From contig NC_134036.1 in assembly GCF_964204645.1 (NCBI RefSeq), positions 7,974,812-8,038,811 of the forward strand: DNA of 64,000 nucleotides, given 5' to 3'. The translations under genes and the position numbers were made by a program. Below, piece after piece: positions 39,720 to 50,879 of this stretch. A model generated the notes under the pieces. It made no database searches, had not been told where the DNA came from, and saw only the letters and a program-made list of their open reading frames with translations. The DNA is from Tubulanus polymorphus. Taxonomy: Eukaryota > Animalia > Nemertea. Position 1 is the first letter of the stretch. Each line of letters begins with the position of its first letter.

Positions 39720-42151
39720 ATGCTTTCTCTAAAACACGTTGTGCTCAACAACAGCAAATTTTATACCAAACCTGTGAAAGTCCTGATAGCTGCTAAACAA
39801 CTAAACCAGCGTACAAACAAATATGAATATGCAATCTGTGATGAAGAAAGAACGTGCAAGGCTATAAGTTATGAAGACTGCATAGATAGAAAATTAAAAG
39901 AAGGCGACTCTGTGCTTCTAAGGAATTTTGAAATGGGAAAGAAACATATGCTACTATCAAAAAAGTGTGTTATTACCAAAACAAAAAAGGTCAATGTTCC
40001 TCAAAAAGTAGTTGAAGAAGCCAGAGCTTTAATTATAGAAATAGCTCCAGTGGCACGTGATATTGCCGAAATCAAGTTCAATGATACTGACTCCAACTTG
40101 TCCAGTATAACTGGAAGAATTGTAAAGGTAAATTAATAACATCCAGAATCACTTTTCAAACATGTATACAAACATTAGACCTTTATGTACATAAGAAATT
40201 GACTTATGATGCTCAGAGCCTCTATAATTTATGAATAGCTACCATACTGCATTCATATGTAAAAATAAACTATAAATACCTTAGCTTGCTTTGTGGTAAT
40301 TATGCCACAAAGCATTCATGTCCAAAAATATTTCATGTCCGGGTTAGGGAATTATTGGCCACGTAATAGCTGTCCAGCCAAAAAGTTCTGATTTGATAAT
40401 CAGGTATGCTCTCATGCTGTTAAATTAATCCCCAGCTAAGCTGTCCAATAATTAATGTCCAATTAAACTTTTATGAATATTCAGTCACATGACAGGATAT
40501 AAACTAATCATAATCAACTGTAAAAATACTCATTTCAGGCCTATTCACTATATTATTGAAGATATTTCTTGTAATAATTACAAATATTTCTGTTTTACCT
40601 TATTTCCAGGACGAAGAACCTAGGGATGTTAAAATTACAGCCACTGGTGCTAACATTAAAGTCAGAAACATCGTTGTAGAAGACAAAACCGCCAATATTG
40701 ACGTTGTTTTGTGGGCAGACAAATCTTCATCTCCAATAAAACTAGGTGACAGTACTACCATCACACACCTGCGAACTGCTACAACCAAAGATAATATCAA
40801 ACAACTCAGATCAACTTATAAAACAGAAATCACAGTAAGATAGCTATTCATAAAGATAATTTTCAAAAATAAATTTCTCATGACGCCCCTACTTACGCAC
40901 AAAAAACCTTTAAAAAGACCTAAAAAATCTTATCCATATAATTGGACACCACCTAAATCTTATTTTCATGTTATTTGCATATGTTATTTTCAGTTAAAAA
41001 CTCCTGAGGTGACAATCGCAAATGTTACCTTCCTGGGCATTGAATCAGAAACTCCTCTACTCTACTATGTATCATCAATTTCAACAGATGATGAAGTTAC
41101 CACTTATTCCGTAGAAAAGAACCTACTTCTTCAAATAATCAATTTCAATGGAAATCAAGGCATGGAACAAGACGTCATTGAATGCATGACTGAAATTGGA
41201 CAAATTCAACTAAAGATTTTAGGTATTCTAAATGATTTTCATAAAAACGATATCTGACATATATTAAACTTTGCCTAATATGCTACAAGATATTCTACAT
41301 TTAGTTCAAACTGGTTCAAAAATAAATATATTTCCTGTTTGTACTGTTCAAGATGTGCAAGCTTACCAAAATATAACCATATATTTGTCTGTACTAATTA
41401 AAATTTGCAAAATCCAGCATTACCTCTATCGACAGAACCTGCTAATGTATTGTTCTAAATATTGATTTCAAAATTTGTAGGATATTATATGAAATTATGT
41501 AATTATTAAATTACGTATGTATATTTACAGGTGACACCATCATAGGTCTGGCAGAATATGACCTACAAAAACAGCCTAAAGCCTCCACCTCTGGTAAATT
41601 ATATTTCCTCCAAAAAAATACACATCATTAGTTAATAGCTGGCTAAATCAAAAATTGAGTCTAAACTCAAACTTCTAAACAAATTAAACTATACGTGCAA
41701 GGTCTAAAACTAAATGCATGTAATCCGATCATTAAAAATAACCTGTTTGTACATATACTTATTCACTTCATTATTAGTTAGAAACAAACTTTCAGTATGT
41801 TTTGATACTCATTGTTATAAAATTTTTACTATCCCTCCTCAAATATCCTGCAATATTATTATGCAATTGCTAATTTTCATGATCCAATCACTGCAATTTT
41901 CTTCCATGATAACAAAAATGATTTAAATCAAATTACTAGGAAATCCCCTCATATATACTCCCCACCACTTAATGCCCAAAAAATTTCTGGTAACATATTT
42001 ATCATGGCAACGTGAAAAATGGTCTAATAAATATTTTAATTTGGCAGGGAGTAACAAACCAGCTGTCACAACTCAAAACAATGTTTATGAAGATCCTGAC
42101 GCCCGTCTACTGGATGAGGATGATGATTCTGATGCTTGCCTGCTGGATTAG
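39720..42151 (+). CDS. Helentron OB-fold ssDNA-binding (RPA-like) protein, 5 predicted exons, about 342 aa
   Basis: GT-AG exons 39720-40127, 40610-40834, 40994-41222, 41531-41593 and 42048-42151 join in phase. OB-like strings (YAICDEERT, SITGRIVK, VRNIVVEDKTANIDVVLW) and an acidic tail EDDDSD. Confidence 0.75.
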
Positions 42152-42470
42152 AATATCTATGTACAACTTGTGTTATCAAATCATTTCTGTTACTTTAACG
42201 TAATTTTAAATAGTACGACGACAATAATTCCAATGTTAGCCTACAGGATTAAAATATCTAGGTCCAACAGGTGTGATCAAATCATTTCTGTTATTATATC
42301 TTAATTTTATACAAATTTGAGAACAATAATTCCAACGCTAGCCTGCGTTGTTAATATCTATGTCATTTCTGTTAATATATCTTAATTTTATACAAATTCG
42401 AGAACATTAATTCCGACGCTAGCCTGCGTTGTTAATATCTATGTCATTTCTGTTATTATATCTATTACTA
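42152..42470 (+). repeat. Degenerate 80-100 bp tandem repeats (3-4 copies) in the Helentron 3' region
   Basis: aatatctatgtcatttctgtta...aattccaacgctagcctgcg recurs. Confidence 0.8.
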
Positions 42471-43163
42471 TATTTTTATAGTCTTTGCTTCTATACACTT
42501 GGCAACTTCAATTTTATACACTGTAATAGGATTTTGGGAGGCAGCCTTATTTGGTTAATACGTCCAAACATAGAAATCAATTTAATCAACAACCATTCAA
42601 CGTCTGATGATGTCATCCATGTTAAACGAATCATAGTGTTATAGGACAAATCTCTTTATAATGCTAATTCACTGTATTTACCTATAAGCATTTATTCATT
42701 TTTAAAATGTTAACAGAGTTATTTTATCACATATTGTTATTTGATAAGTATTATTTTTGAATATGTAATAAATAAATTTAGTTTCTATACAAAATTTATA
42801 TATTTTTCTCATTTTACTAATTGGTATCCTTGCAACCATCAGCACAACCAAAAATTTGAGACTTCATATATTTATTTCCTAAATTAACAAACCAAGACAC
42901 AATATTTGACAACAATTATTGAATTTTAACTTGATTTATTCCTATTCAAATGTGTATTTGTTGTTAATTCTTAATTGATTAAATATAACTTGTACGTACT
43001 GCCATATATTCAACTATGTATATTTACTGAAGAATCCACTTAATTAGGAATTACAACAATTTATCCCATTTACACGAGTCTGTATTAAAAGTGAATGACT
43101 AACTATCGACAACAAACTAACTGATACTATTCAAGGTAAACCACTTTGCCTCAGGGCAATTTA

Positions 43164-43235
43164 TTTCATATGTCGAGCCATATTACTTTTTCTTAGAAGT
43201 TCACCACAAATTTCGCATGCTATCTTCTCATCCAT
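43164..43235 (-). pseudogene. 5' end of the Polinton Zn-finger gene split by the Helentron
   Basis: MDEKIACEICGELLRKSNMARHMK joins KHDENYKPPKINCPKC at about 29446, completing a C2H2 finger. Confidence 0.8.
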
Positions 43236-43303
43236 TTATTTAGGAAAAATTTTATTAAAATTAATTTTTAGTGATGAGCAGTAATTTTTTTATGTTATAA
43301 ATA

Positions 43304-44062
43304 ATGGTAGAATTAAAAGAATACAGAATATTTGTTGATTCAAGAAAACTTACAAATTATAAATCTCATAATTTACTAGTACAATTAGATAGAGAATTTA
43401 AGAATTGTGTAGATTTAAAATTAGTTAATATAAGTTTATGTAATTCTTTTTATAATATATCGAATAAAACTATTGAACATAATACTTTTTTAATTCATAT
43501 TAGAAATATAAAAAAATGGTTTCATCTATTTCTAAGACCAGGATTATATAATTTAGAAACATTAGCTCAAGAAATTAATCGTAGAGCACGGTTGAAAATT
43601 AGAAAAGATGATAAATTTTTAATAAGATTTATAAAAAGTGATAGCTCAAATAAAATTAAAATAAAGGTATTTGATGAAAGTCAACATGCATTTATAGTAA
43701 AAAAACCATTAGCTAAATTGCTAGGAATTGCACCAGATGTTGTTACAGTAAACGTAGAAGGCATTTCAAATATAATACCTTTTACACACTTTTATATTTA
43801 TTGCAATTTAATTGATCCTACAAAAACATTTGAAGCAACTAAAGATACAACATGTAATTCTAGTATATTAAATATTTTACCATTGAAGAATGTTAAACAA
43901 TTTGGAGCGCAAATAAATTATAATTTAACAGAATGTGATTTCAAACCTTGTATTCCACATTTCAATAATTTTAAATTAGAAATAAGAAATCATAATGGTT
44001 ATTTAATTGATTTGAATAACTTTCCTGTAATATATGAATTAGTTATAAGATGTAGAGAGTAA
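43304..44062 (+). CDS. Polinton minor capsid (penton-like) protein
   Basis: Intact 252 aa. IFVDSR, NSFYNI, GLYNLETL, YIYCNLID and EIRNHNGYLIDLNN follow the pattern of single-jelly-roll minor capsids; the gene context agrees. Confidence 0.7.
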   Translation: MVELKEYRIFVDSRKLTNYKSHNLLVQLDREFKNCVDLKLVNISLCNSFYNISNKTIEHNTFLIHIRNIKKWFHLFLRPGLYNLETLAQEINRRARLKIRKDDKFLIRFIKSDSSNKIKIKVFDESQHAFIVKKPLAKLLGIAPDVVTVNVEGISNIIPFTHFYIYCNLIDPTKTFEATKDTTCNSSILNILPLKNVKQFGAQINYNLTECDFKPCIPHFNNFKLEIRNHNGYLIDLNNFPVIYELVIRCRE

Positions 44063-44078
44063 TTTTTTCATTATATAA

Positions 44079-44435
44079 ATGAATATAACTGTTGGGCCGA
44101 GCATATGTTTTGGATTTGATTTTAAACGTGAGAAAGAAATGAAATTTAACATTACTGATGTAATTACACATATTAAAAATATTGCATTTTCTAATGAAAC
44201 AACATTTGAGTATGAAACAACAATAGATAAAGAAACTTTAAATGTAGAAAAGATTACTAATTTAATTAGAGAATCTTTAAGATTTTATGAATTAGATGAA
44301 GATTTTATCATCGATGATATTAAAAAAATAATAATTGAAATATATACAAATGAAACTAGTAATGAAATAAATGTTGAATTAATCATAAATAAGTTAACTA
44401 AATATTTTGATGATAGTAATTTTTTTGATAAATAA
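44079..44435 (+). CDS. Polinton hypothetical protein (118 aa)
   Basis: Intact ORF with TAAATG start in the compact gene cluster. Confidence 0.55.
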   Translation: MNITVGPSICFGFDFKREKEMKFNITDVITHIKNIAFSNETTFEYETTIDKETLNVEKITNLIRESLRFYELDEDFIIDDIKKIIIEIYTNETSNEINVELIINKLTKYFDDSNFFDK

Positions 44436-44657
44436 ATGAGTGATAATAAGTGGATAATAACTGGATTATATAATGGCGCATTACTATCAGTTGGAACTGT
44501 TGGTTATTCAATGGTATTAAAAAAAGTATTCAAAATGGGAAGTGTTAATGTTGATAGATTTGATATCAATGATATCTTAAAATTAACATTAGCAGTTACT
44601 TTATCTAATTTAACTATTGATTATTTGGAAAAACAAAAATATATTCCTCCCATATAA
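44436..44657 (+). CDS. Polinton small hydrophobic protein (73 aa)
   Basis: Intact ORF, two hydrophobic segments, TAAATG start. Confidence 0.6.
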   Translation: MSDNKWIITGLYNGALLSVGTVGYSMVLKKVFKMGSVNVDRFDINDILKLTLAVTLSNLTIDYLEKQKYIPPI

Positions 44658-44681
44658 ATGCATAATTTTTTTGCTAAATAA

Positions 44682-45073
44682 ATGGCTTCTGCAATTATAA
44701 CTATTATAGGATCGGCAATTGTTAACGCTTTAGCATTTACTGGTGGTGGATATTTATTTAAACATATTGATAAAAATAGTTCATTAGGAGAACAAAGAAG
44801 ACATAATTTAGCATTAGAGAAATACAATAAAGCAGCAGAAGAATATAGAAAAAAACGACAAAACTATATGGATTACATCAATAAAGAATTATATGATCAG
44901 ATGATGCAATGAGTTTATATAACGCAGTAACAAATAAAGAAAAATTACATCTATACAGACCTAAATTATCAGATTATTATACCCCAAGTAAAGAACAACA
45001 GAAATATGAAATAATTTGGATTTTAGGTGGAACTGTTATTGTTATATTTGTTGCTTATAAGTTTACTAATTAG
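44682..45073 (+). pseudogene. Polinton small membrane protein, frameshifted at about 44905
   Basis: N-terminal hydrophobic AIVNALAFTGGGYLF, RRHNLALE coiled coil, and a C-terminal TM segment (IIWILGGTVIVIFVAY) in a shifted frame. Confidence 0.6.
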
Positions 45074-45092
45074 TAATTTTTTTTCTAAATAA

Positions 45093-45518
45093 ATGGAAGA
45101 TAATATTGATATTATTCCTCATGATATAAATAAAACTAAATTAAAAATATATTTAGAAAAACAAATATTAGAATTTGAAAGTGATTTAAAAGTTAAAAAG
45201 AAAAAATATTTAAAAAGTAAAATTATATATTATTTGATTATTAGTGGTTCGGTTACAATTAGTTCTGTAGTAACATTTCTAGCAATATTCAGTCCATTAA
45301 CACCTTTAGCTATATCAATTGGTGTATTAGGATTAAGTTCGAGTGTTTTAACCGGTATAAGTTCAAAATTAAATATAAAAAGTAATAAAGAAAAAATTAA
45401 AACTAATATAAAAAAAATTAATAAATTAAAGAACACACTAGATTATATAATAAGTTTAAATGGTCATATAACAGTTGAAGAACAAGATCAATTATTAAAA
45501 GAATTAATAAATTATTAA
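45093..45518 (+). CDS. Polinton predicted two-TM protein (141 aa)
   Basis: Central hydrophobic hairpin flanked by Lys-rich helices; TAAATG start. Confidence 0.6.
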   Translation: MEDNIDIIPHDINKTKLKIYLEKQILEFESDLKVKKKKYLKSKIIYYLIISGSVTISSVVTFLAIFSPLTPLAISIGVLGLSSSVLTGISSKLNIKSNKEKIKTNIKKINKLKNTLDYIISLNGHITVEEQDQLLKELINY

Positions 45519-45534
45519 TTTTTTAATTATATAA

Positions 45535-46904
45535 ATGGCAGATAGTTTTCCAAAAGCTTTCCAATATAATAAATCAATTAAATATAATATTCCAGCAATA
45601 GATTTTAATAAAGATGTTACATATAGAAATGAAGTTTTAAATTCATTAATTGATTTATATATTTATGTTACTGAAAGTAATAATTTTCATGTAAAGATGG
45701 AAAATATATTTCATGTAAAAAATTGAAAGATGAAAAACAATGGTTATTAAAATCTAATATGAAGTATTGGCAGAACCAATTAAATTTTGCTGTTTATTGT
45801 GCAACAACAGGATGTGGAATTAGTTGGAATGATCATTTGAATAATTCTAAATATAAATTAATTCAAAGTTTATTTAGATTTCATACATACTTTCAAATAA
45901 GAATAATATTAAATGAATTAGAGTGCGCTTTACCAGGATCAAGATATTTTAAAGAATTAGATAATAATATTAATTTATCAAAGTTTTATAAAATTTGTAA
46001 TGAATTTAATGAAGATATAAATAATTCTGATTTTAGAACAAAAATTGAAACAATAAGATCACTTCCTTGCCCTAAAAAGATTGCAGAATATTGTGCACTT
46101 CCCATACCATCTAATAGTTTGTATAATATCTATAGTCATAAATTAGGTTATGGTAAAATAGAAACTAAGGATTTAGAAACATTAAATTTTAATAAATTAC
46201 CGACATTTTATGATAATTTAAAACAAGAAAACAATAATGGTTGGGTTTATTTCATTTTAGAAAATAATGAAGGTTTTACTAAATCAGGTATACAAAGAAT
46301 AAATCAATCTATTAGAACTTATTTGATATGTATTTTAGGTGCGCAAGTTGAAACAAGATCACCAATAATTGGAAATTTGAATACATCATTCGATACACAG
46401 AAACAATTTAAAGTTTTATTTGAAGATTCAATTCATAATGATAAAAATAGATCGATTCCAGAAAACATTATAAGATATCAAAATTATTTAGATAAATCAC
46501 ATATTAGATTAAATTATTGTATAAGCCCTAATCTATTAATTATTTCTAATGATTTAGTATTAAAGATGGGAAATATAATTGGTTATAATAATCTAATTAA
46601 AACTGCAACAATAAATAATTCATTTGGATTAAATGATATAAATAAAAAGATTATTACTGCTCCAAAATTAATGGAAGGTGAAAAAAATAAAAAACATATT
46701 CAATCAACAGAAACTAAAACTAAAAATATTAAATTAAATAATGATTCTAAACCGGATTATAACACATCAGAAGATATAAAAACTGATATTATTCAACATG
46801 ATATAATTAAACTAAATGATGATAATAAATCCCATGAAAATACTAAATTAGCTATAACTTGTATAGGAATTGTAATCGGAGGAATATTATATTTTAAATT
46901 TTAA
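45535..46904 (+). pseudogene. Polinton hypothetical protein with C-terminal TM anchor, frameshifted at about 45720
   Basis: ORFs 45535..45726 and 45723..46904; WQNQLNFAVYCATTGCGIS; C-terminal LAITCIGIVIGGILYFKF. Confidence 0.6.
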
Positions 46905-46920
46905 TTTTTTTATTATGTAA

Positions 46921-48350
46921 ATGGCAGAAAGTGGAGAAGGTTTTCCATTGGATGACATGGGAAATAATAATGAAGGATATATTGATGATGAACCACAACC
47001 TGATTTTAATGAAACTAATATTGATAATGATGATGAATCAGCATATAATTCTAATTTAGCAGATAGTGGTTCTAAAGTCCCATCAACAGATGAATTTAAT
47101 AGAAGAACTAGATCGAAAATAAATCCTGAAAATGAAATTCCAGGTTTATCATAGGAAGATATAGAAAATAATAAATTTATATATAAGTTTCAAGATGTAT
47201 TTGAAAGATCTGGATATAATATAAATGATAGAGGCGCCAGACTTTTAGTACAAGATTTAAAGTTTTTAGATGGTGAATATTATTATAAATTGAAAGATGA
47301 TTATTATATTAACATCTCTTATAAAAATCAAAATATAATATTAGCAGAATCAACTTTGCTTAAGTTAGAACCAGATAGAATTAAGAGAATAATTAATAGT
47401 AATGAAATAACCGATGTAACACAAAAAGAAATGAAAAAAATAGAAAAGAATTCAAACAAAGAATTGATGACTTATTTAAAATAATCGATGATAATCCAGA
47501 AACGGAAATGGAAGAGAATAGAGATCGATTAGATAAATTAAGATCTTCAACACCCGAAACATCTAGAAGAGATATTCAACAAATTGATAATGATTCAAAT
47601 CAATTACAAGTAGTAAAACATTTTGATAAAATGTTTGATACAATTCATTCATTTGACGAAGAGATGAATAGTATTTTAGATACACCCGGTACTGAAACTG
47701 GAATAAATCGAATACTATCTTTACTAGAAAAAGGAATACTTGATTTAACTGATGATGAATTAGAAGCATTTCCTGAACAAGCACGTAGAGAAATTAAAGG
47801 TATGCAAGAAACAGCTGGTGAAATTGCTAATATTAAGATGAGATTTTCTAAAATAACCATGTTAGAAAAAGAATTAACTAATGCAAATGAAGAATTAAAA
47901 CAATTAGAATTAAATAGAGATCTTCAATTAATCGAGGAAGCTGATTATAAAAGCAGAAAGTTAGCTTTAGAAAAAGAAATAGATGATTTAAAATATAACA
48001 AAGAATTACAGGAAAAAGAAAGAGATACATTATTAAAATCATATGATCTTAATCATATTAAAAAATTAAAAGTTAGTTTTAAAGATTTGTTGATAAAACC
48101 AGATTCTAAAATATCATTGAAAGATAGAATAAAGTTATTATTTAAATTAGAAGGAATAACAATTCTTTCAATTCTAACAGCTGTAACTATGTTATTTACA
48201 ACAATTGGTTTAGCAATATCAAATGCTTTGAAATCTACTCCTACTCCCAATAAACCAGATAAACCCCCGAATGATAATAATTCTATACAAGATAAAGTTA
48301 AGGATGTTTAAAGAAATTAGCAAAATATTTATGGGAACTATCTTTTCTTA
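46921..48350 (+). pseudogene. Polinton coiled-coil protein with TM segment, disrupted
   Basis: ORF pieces at 46921, 47290 and 47508; long heptad-like region, then GITILSILTAVTMLFTTIGLAI. Confidence 0.55.
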
Positions 48351-48359
48351 ATAACTGGT

Positions 48360-48710
48360 GAATGGAAAATACATATATCCTTCAAATAATTCGAGAATAT
48401 CTAATGCAAATTAAGCAGAACGTAATCATCATATAATTACTCAATCCTTCAAATATTAATCCAAGTGAGACTTTATATGTTAGAATTCCTAGATTAAATC
48501 AAAATACTTTTCATATTTATCAAACAGTATGTATTTATCAGCTGATATAGAATTAACTAGTAATAATAATAATTATGTTGTAGATAATGTTGGTAGATAC
48601 TTATTACAATAATTTACTATGAAAATTGAACCGGAAACTGTTTTTACAATAGATGATTATAATTTATTTGCACATTATAATGATTTATAATTAACAAAAG
48701 AAAATTGAAA
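48360..48710 (+). pseudogene. Polinton major capsid protein, N-terminal part
   Basis: With frameshifts: AERNHHIIT, NPSNINPSETLYVRIPRL, VVDNVGR, IDDYNLFAHYNDL. Continues at 55741 after the nested insert. Confidence 0.7.
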
Positions 48711-49427
48711 AATAAATTGCCCATGGGCAAAGTGTGGTTTACCGTGAAAGCTAGAGGTTGTTTTGAGTAAGGGCATTGCTTGAAAAATCTTTTTAACTTG
48801 TGACTTCAAAGTTCTAGAAGTTTTTATTGTATTTCATCTTTCTTAAATGATTATTTTGTAGTCAAATAAGACCAAAGATAAATATTTGTTTATGGTCTAC
48901 CTCCAAAAATTCGTAGGGTACAGGTAGGCGCGGCAGGGAAACTATTCTATATTTTCAAAAAAATATTTTTCACGATATGAAAAAATATTCGAATAAAATT
49001 CATATGATGTCACATGTCAGAGGGTGGCTGAGAGTCTTGGGGACGAAACATCTTCAATTTACGGCTTAAACACCGGGGCGTAGATCGTTTTAAATCCTGG
49101 AATTTACCACGACAATAATATTCAGACTTCGACCTATACCTATAGTTTGCTGCTTAGTATTTCCAGGTCACAAGAAATTACGATTTGTTACAATTTCTAT
49201 CAAACAGAAAATTACAATTTTTGGAACTAAAATTTGTATTTCCGAGTAGTACTTACCCTTTCCTATGGTTTTTGCCAATATTTTCTAAATTTGGATTTAT
49301 CGCCAATGGTTTTTCTATACGACCCGGCCCTGCGGTATTGCATTTAGCCACCGGCGAAATCATCTTTTTTCGTCATAGCAGACCAAAAAAAAAAACAGCT
49401 ATGCGGGGCAGGTGGGCGGGATTCCCA

Positions 49428-49523
49428 CCATAGAAAGGGTAAGTACTACTCGGAAATACAAATTTTAGTTCCAAAAATTGTAATATTTCCATCGAGTACT
49501 GTACCCTTTCCTATGGTTTTTGC
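49428..49523. other. DIRS internal complementary region (ICR)
   Basis: The first half is the reverse complement of 49211-49267 and the second half of 55245-55283, joined at T49484 (TTGTAA-T-ATTTCC). Confidence 0.95.
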
Positions 49524-49730
49524 TAGACTAGCCTAGCACAAGGATGGTGGGAAAGGTAGATAGAAAAACCACCGCTCAAACGCAAGGTAAGAGGGAAAAA
49601 GAGAGCACTTACCCAAGCACGGAATGGAGCACTGTAGCACAGGGAAGACCGGTTGGCCACAGTGAGTCCGTCCAGCTCAGGGGCCCCCCCAGAATTTTGC
49701 GAAATTAATACTTGCAGATATGAGCCCAAA

Positions 49731-50879
49731 CTATGTACAAGGATACACCCCCTGTGATCCTGATAATGCTACATAAATATTCGACACTAAAGGGTCCGAT
49801 CGGAAAGAACGGACACCTTGAGCCATGACAACAGGACCAAGTGAAGCTAATGAGCCTAACTGGCCTGAAACATCCCGTAAATAAAATGACGTGAATGTCG
49901 ACGGTGAATTCCAAAAGGCGGCCCGACAGACTTCCTCCAACGGAGCACCCGAAAAGGCTGCGCAGGAAGTAGCCATAGACCTCACTTGATGAGAAACGAC
50001 TCCCTCCGAGGAAAGATTCTCCTTCAATAAAATGTCCTTGATCATTGAAGAGACCCATCGGGCTACTGTGTCCCGCGAAATATCACCCTTTAGGTGATCC
50101 AGCAGCGGAATAAATAACCGCTCCCGTGAACCCCTCCGTGAAGCAGAGCGATCTAAATAGAAACACAACGCCCGCACAGGACATAAAGTCCTGTCTGGGA
50201 TGCCCGGTTCCACTCGATGTTTTAGGGCTTCAATTCGCCATTGACGCCCAACCGAGCCTGGTCGTTGGTTCTTTGCCATAAATTCCAAAGCAGGCCGCAG
50301 CGAAACAAATTCATTCGCTGGCCCAAAGACAATGTGACCTTGTCGGACTGAAAGCGCATGAATCTCAGAGCGACGGGCCGAGCAAGCCAAGAACAGCAAA
50401 AATACAGTCTTTTTTGACAAATTTGCAAAAGACGCTGCCGAAAGAGGTTCAAATGGAGCCTCCATTAACTTCTTCAAAATTACAGACAGATCCCATGGTG
50501 GAACTGTCCTTGTTACCCGAGGCCGGGAAATAGAAAACCCAGCAACCAGCTGGGATATCCGATGATCCCCTGCTACATTTGGCCATCCAGAAGCACGCAA
50601 TGTATGAGAAATCGCGGAGCGGTAACCTTTAATAGTTTTGACCTGTAAACCTTTTGCTACAAATAGGTGCAGTAAAAAATCTGCCAATTGAGCTACAGAG
50701 GGTGAGCATGGATCAATTTCCCCTGCAGCACACCAATCCGCAAAATGACTCCATTTGGCATCGTAAATGGTACTTGTTGATGGCCGCTTAGATCCTGCGA
50801 TAAAGGAGGCAGCCTGTTCTGAAAAGCCTGAAGCTGACAAGGATCGCTGGACAATGGCCAGGCGAGCAGATTTAACCAC
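49731..50879 (-). CDS. DIRS tyrosine recombinase
   Basis: SARRSEIHAL, AKNQ, LCPVRAL, HQVRSMATS and FWNSPSTFTSFY give the R-K-H-R-W-Y catalytic set. Confidence 0.93.
   Translation of the reverse strand: MVKSARLAIVQRSLSASGFSEQAASFIAGSKRPSTSTIYDAKWSHFADWCAAGEIDPCSPSVAQLADFLLHLFVAKGLQVKTIKGYRSAISHTLRASGWPNVAGDHRISQLVAGFSISRPRVTRTVPPWDLSVILKKLMEAPFEPLSAASFANLSKKTVFLLFLACSARRSEIHALSVRQGHIVFGPANEFVSLRPALEFMAKNQRPGSVGRQWRIEALKHRVEPGIPDRTLCPVRALCFYLDRSASRRGSRERLFIPLLDHLKGDISRDTVARWVSSMIKDILLKENLSSEGVVSHQVRSMATSCAAFSGAPLEEVCRAAFWNSPSTFTSFYLRDVSGQLGSLASLGPVVMAQGVRSFRSDPLVSNIYVALSGSQGVYPCT

Larger units (their letters stand above)
29445..43165 (+). mobile_element. Helentron (endonuclease-encoding Helitron), about 13.7 kb
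   Basis: 5' subterminal IR TGGTTTACCTT (29446-29456) pairs with AAGGTAAACCA (43133-43143). 3' hairpin TTGCC-TCAG-GGCAA (43146-43159). Inserted in a T run; removal restores a Zn-finger ORF. Encodes RepHel-APE. Confidence 0.9.
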
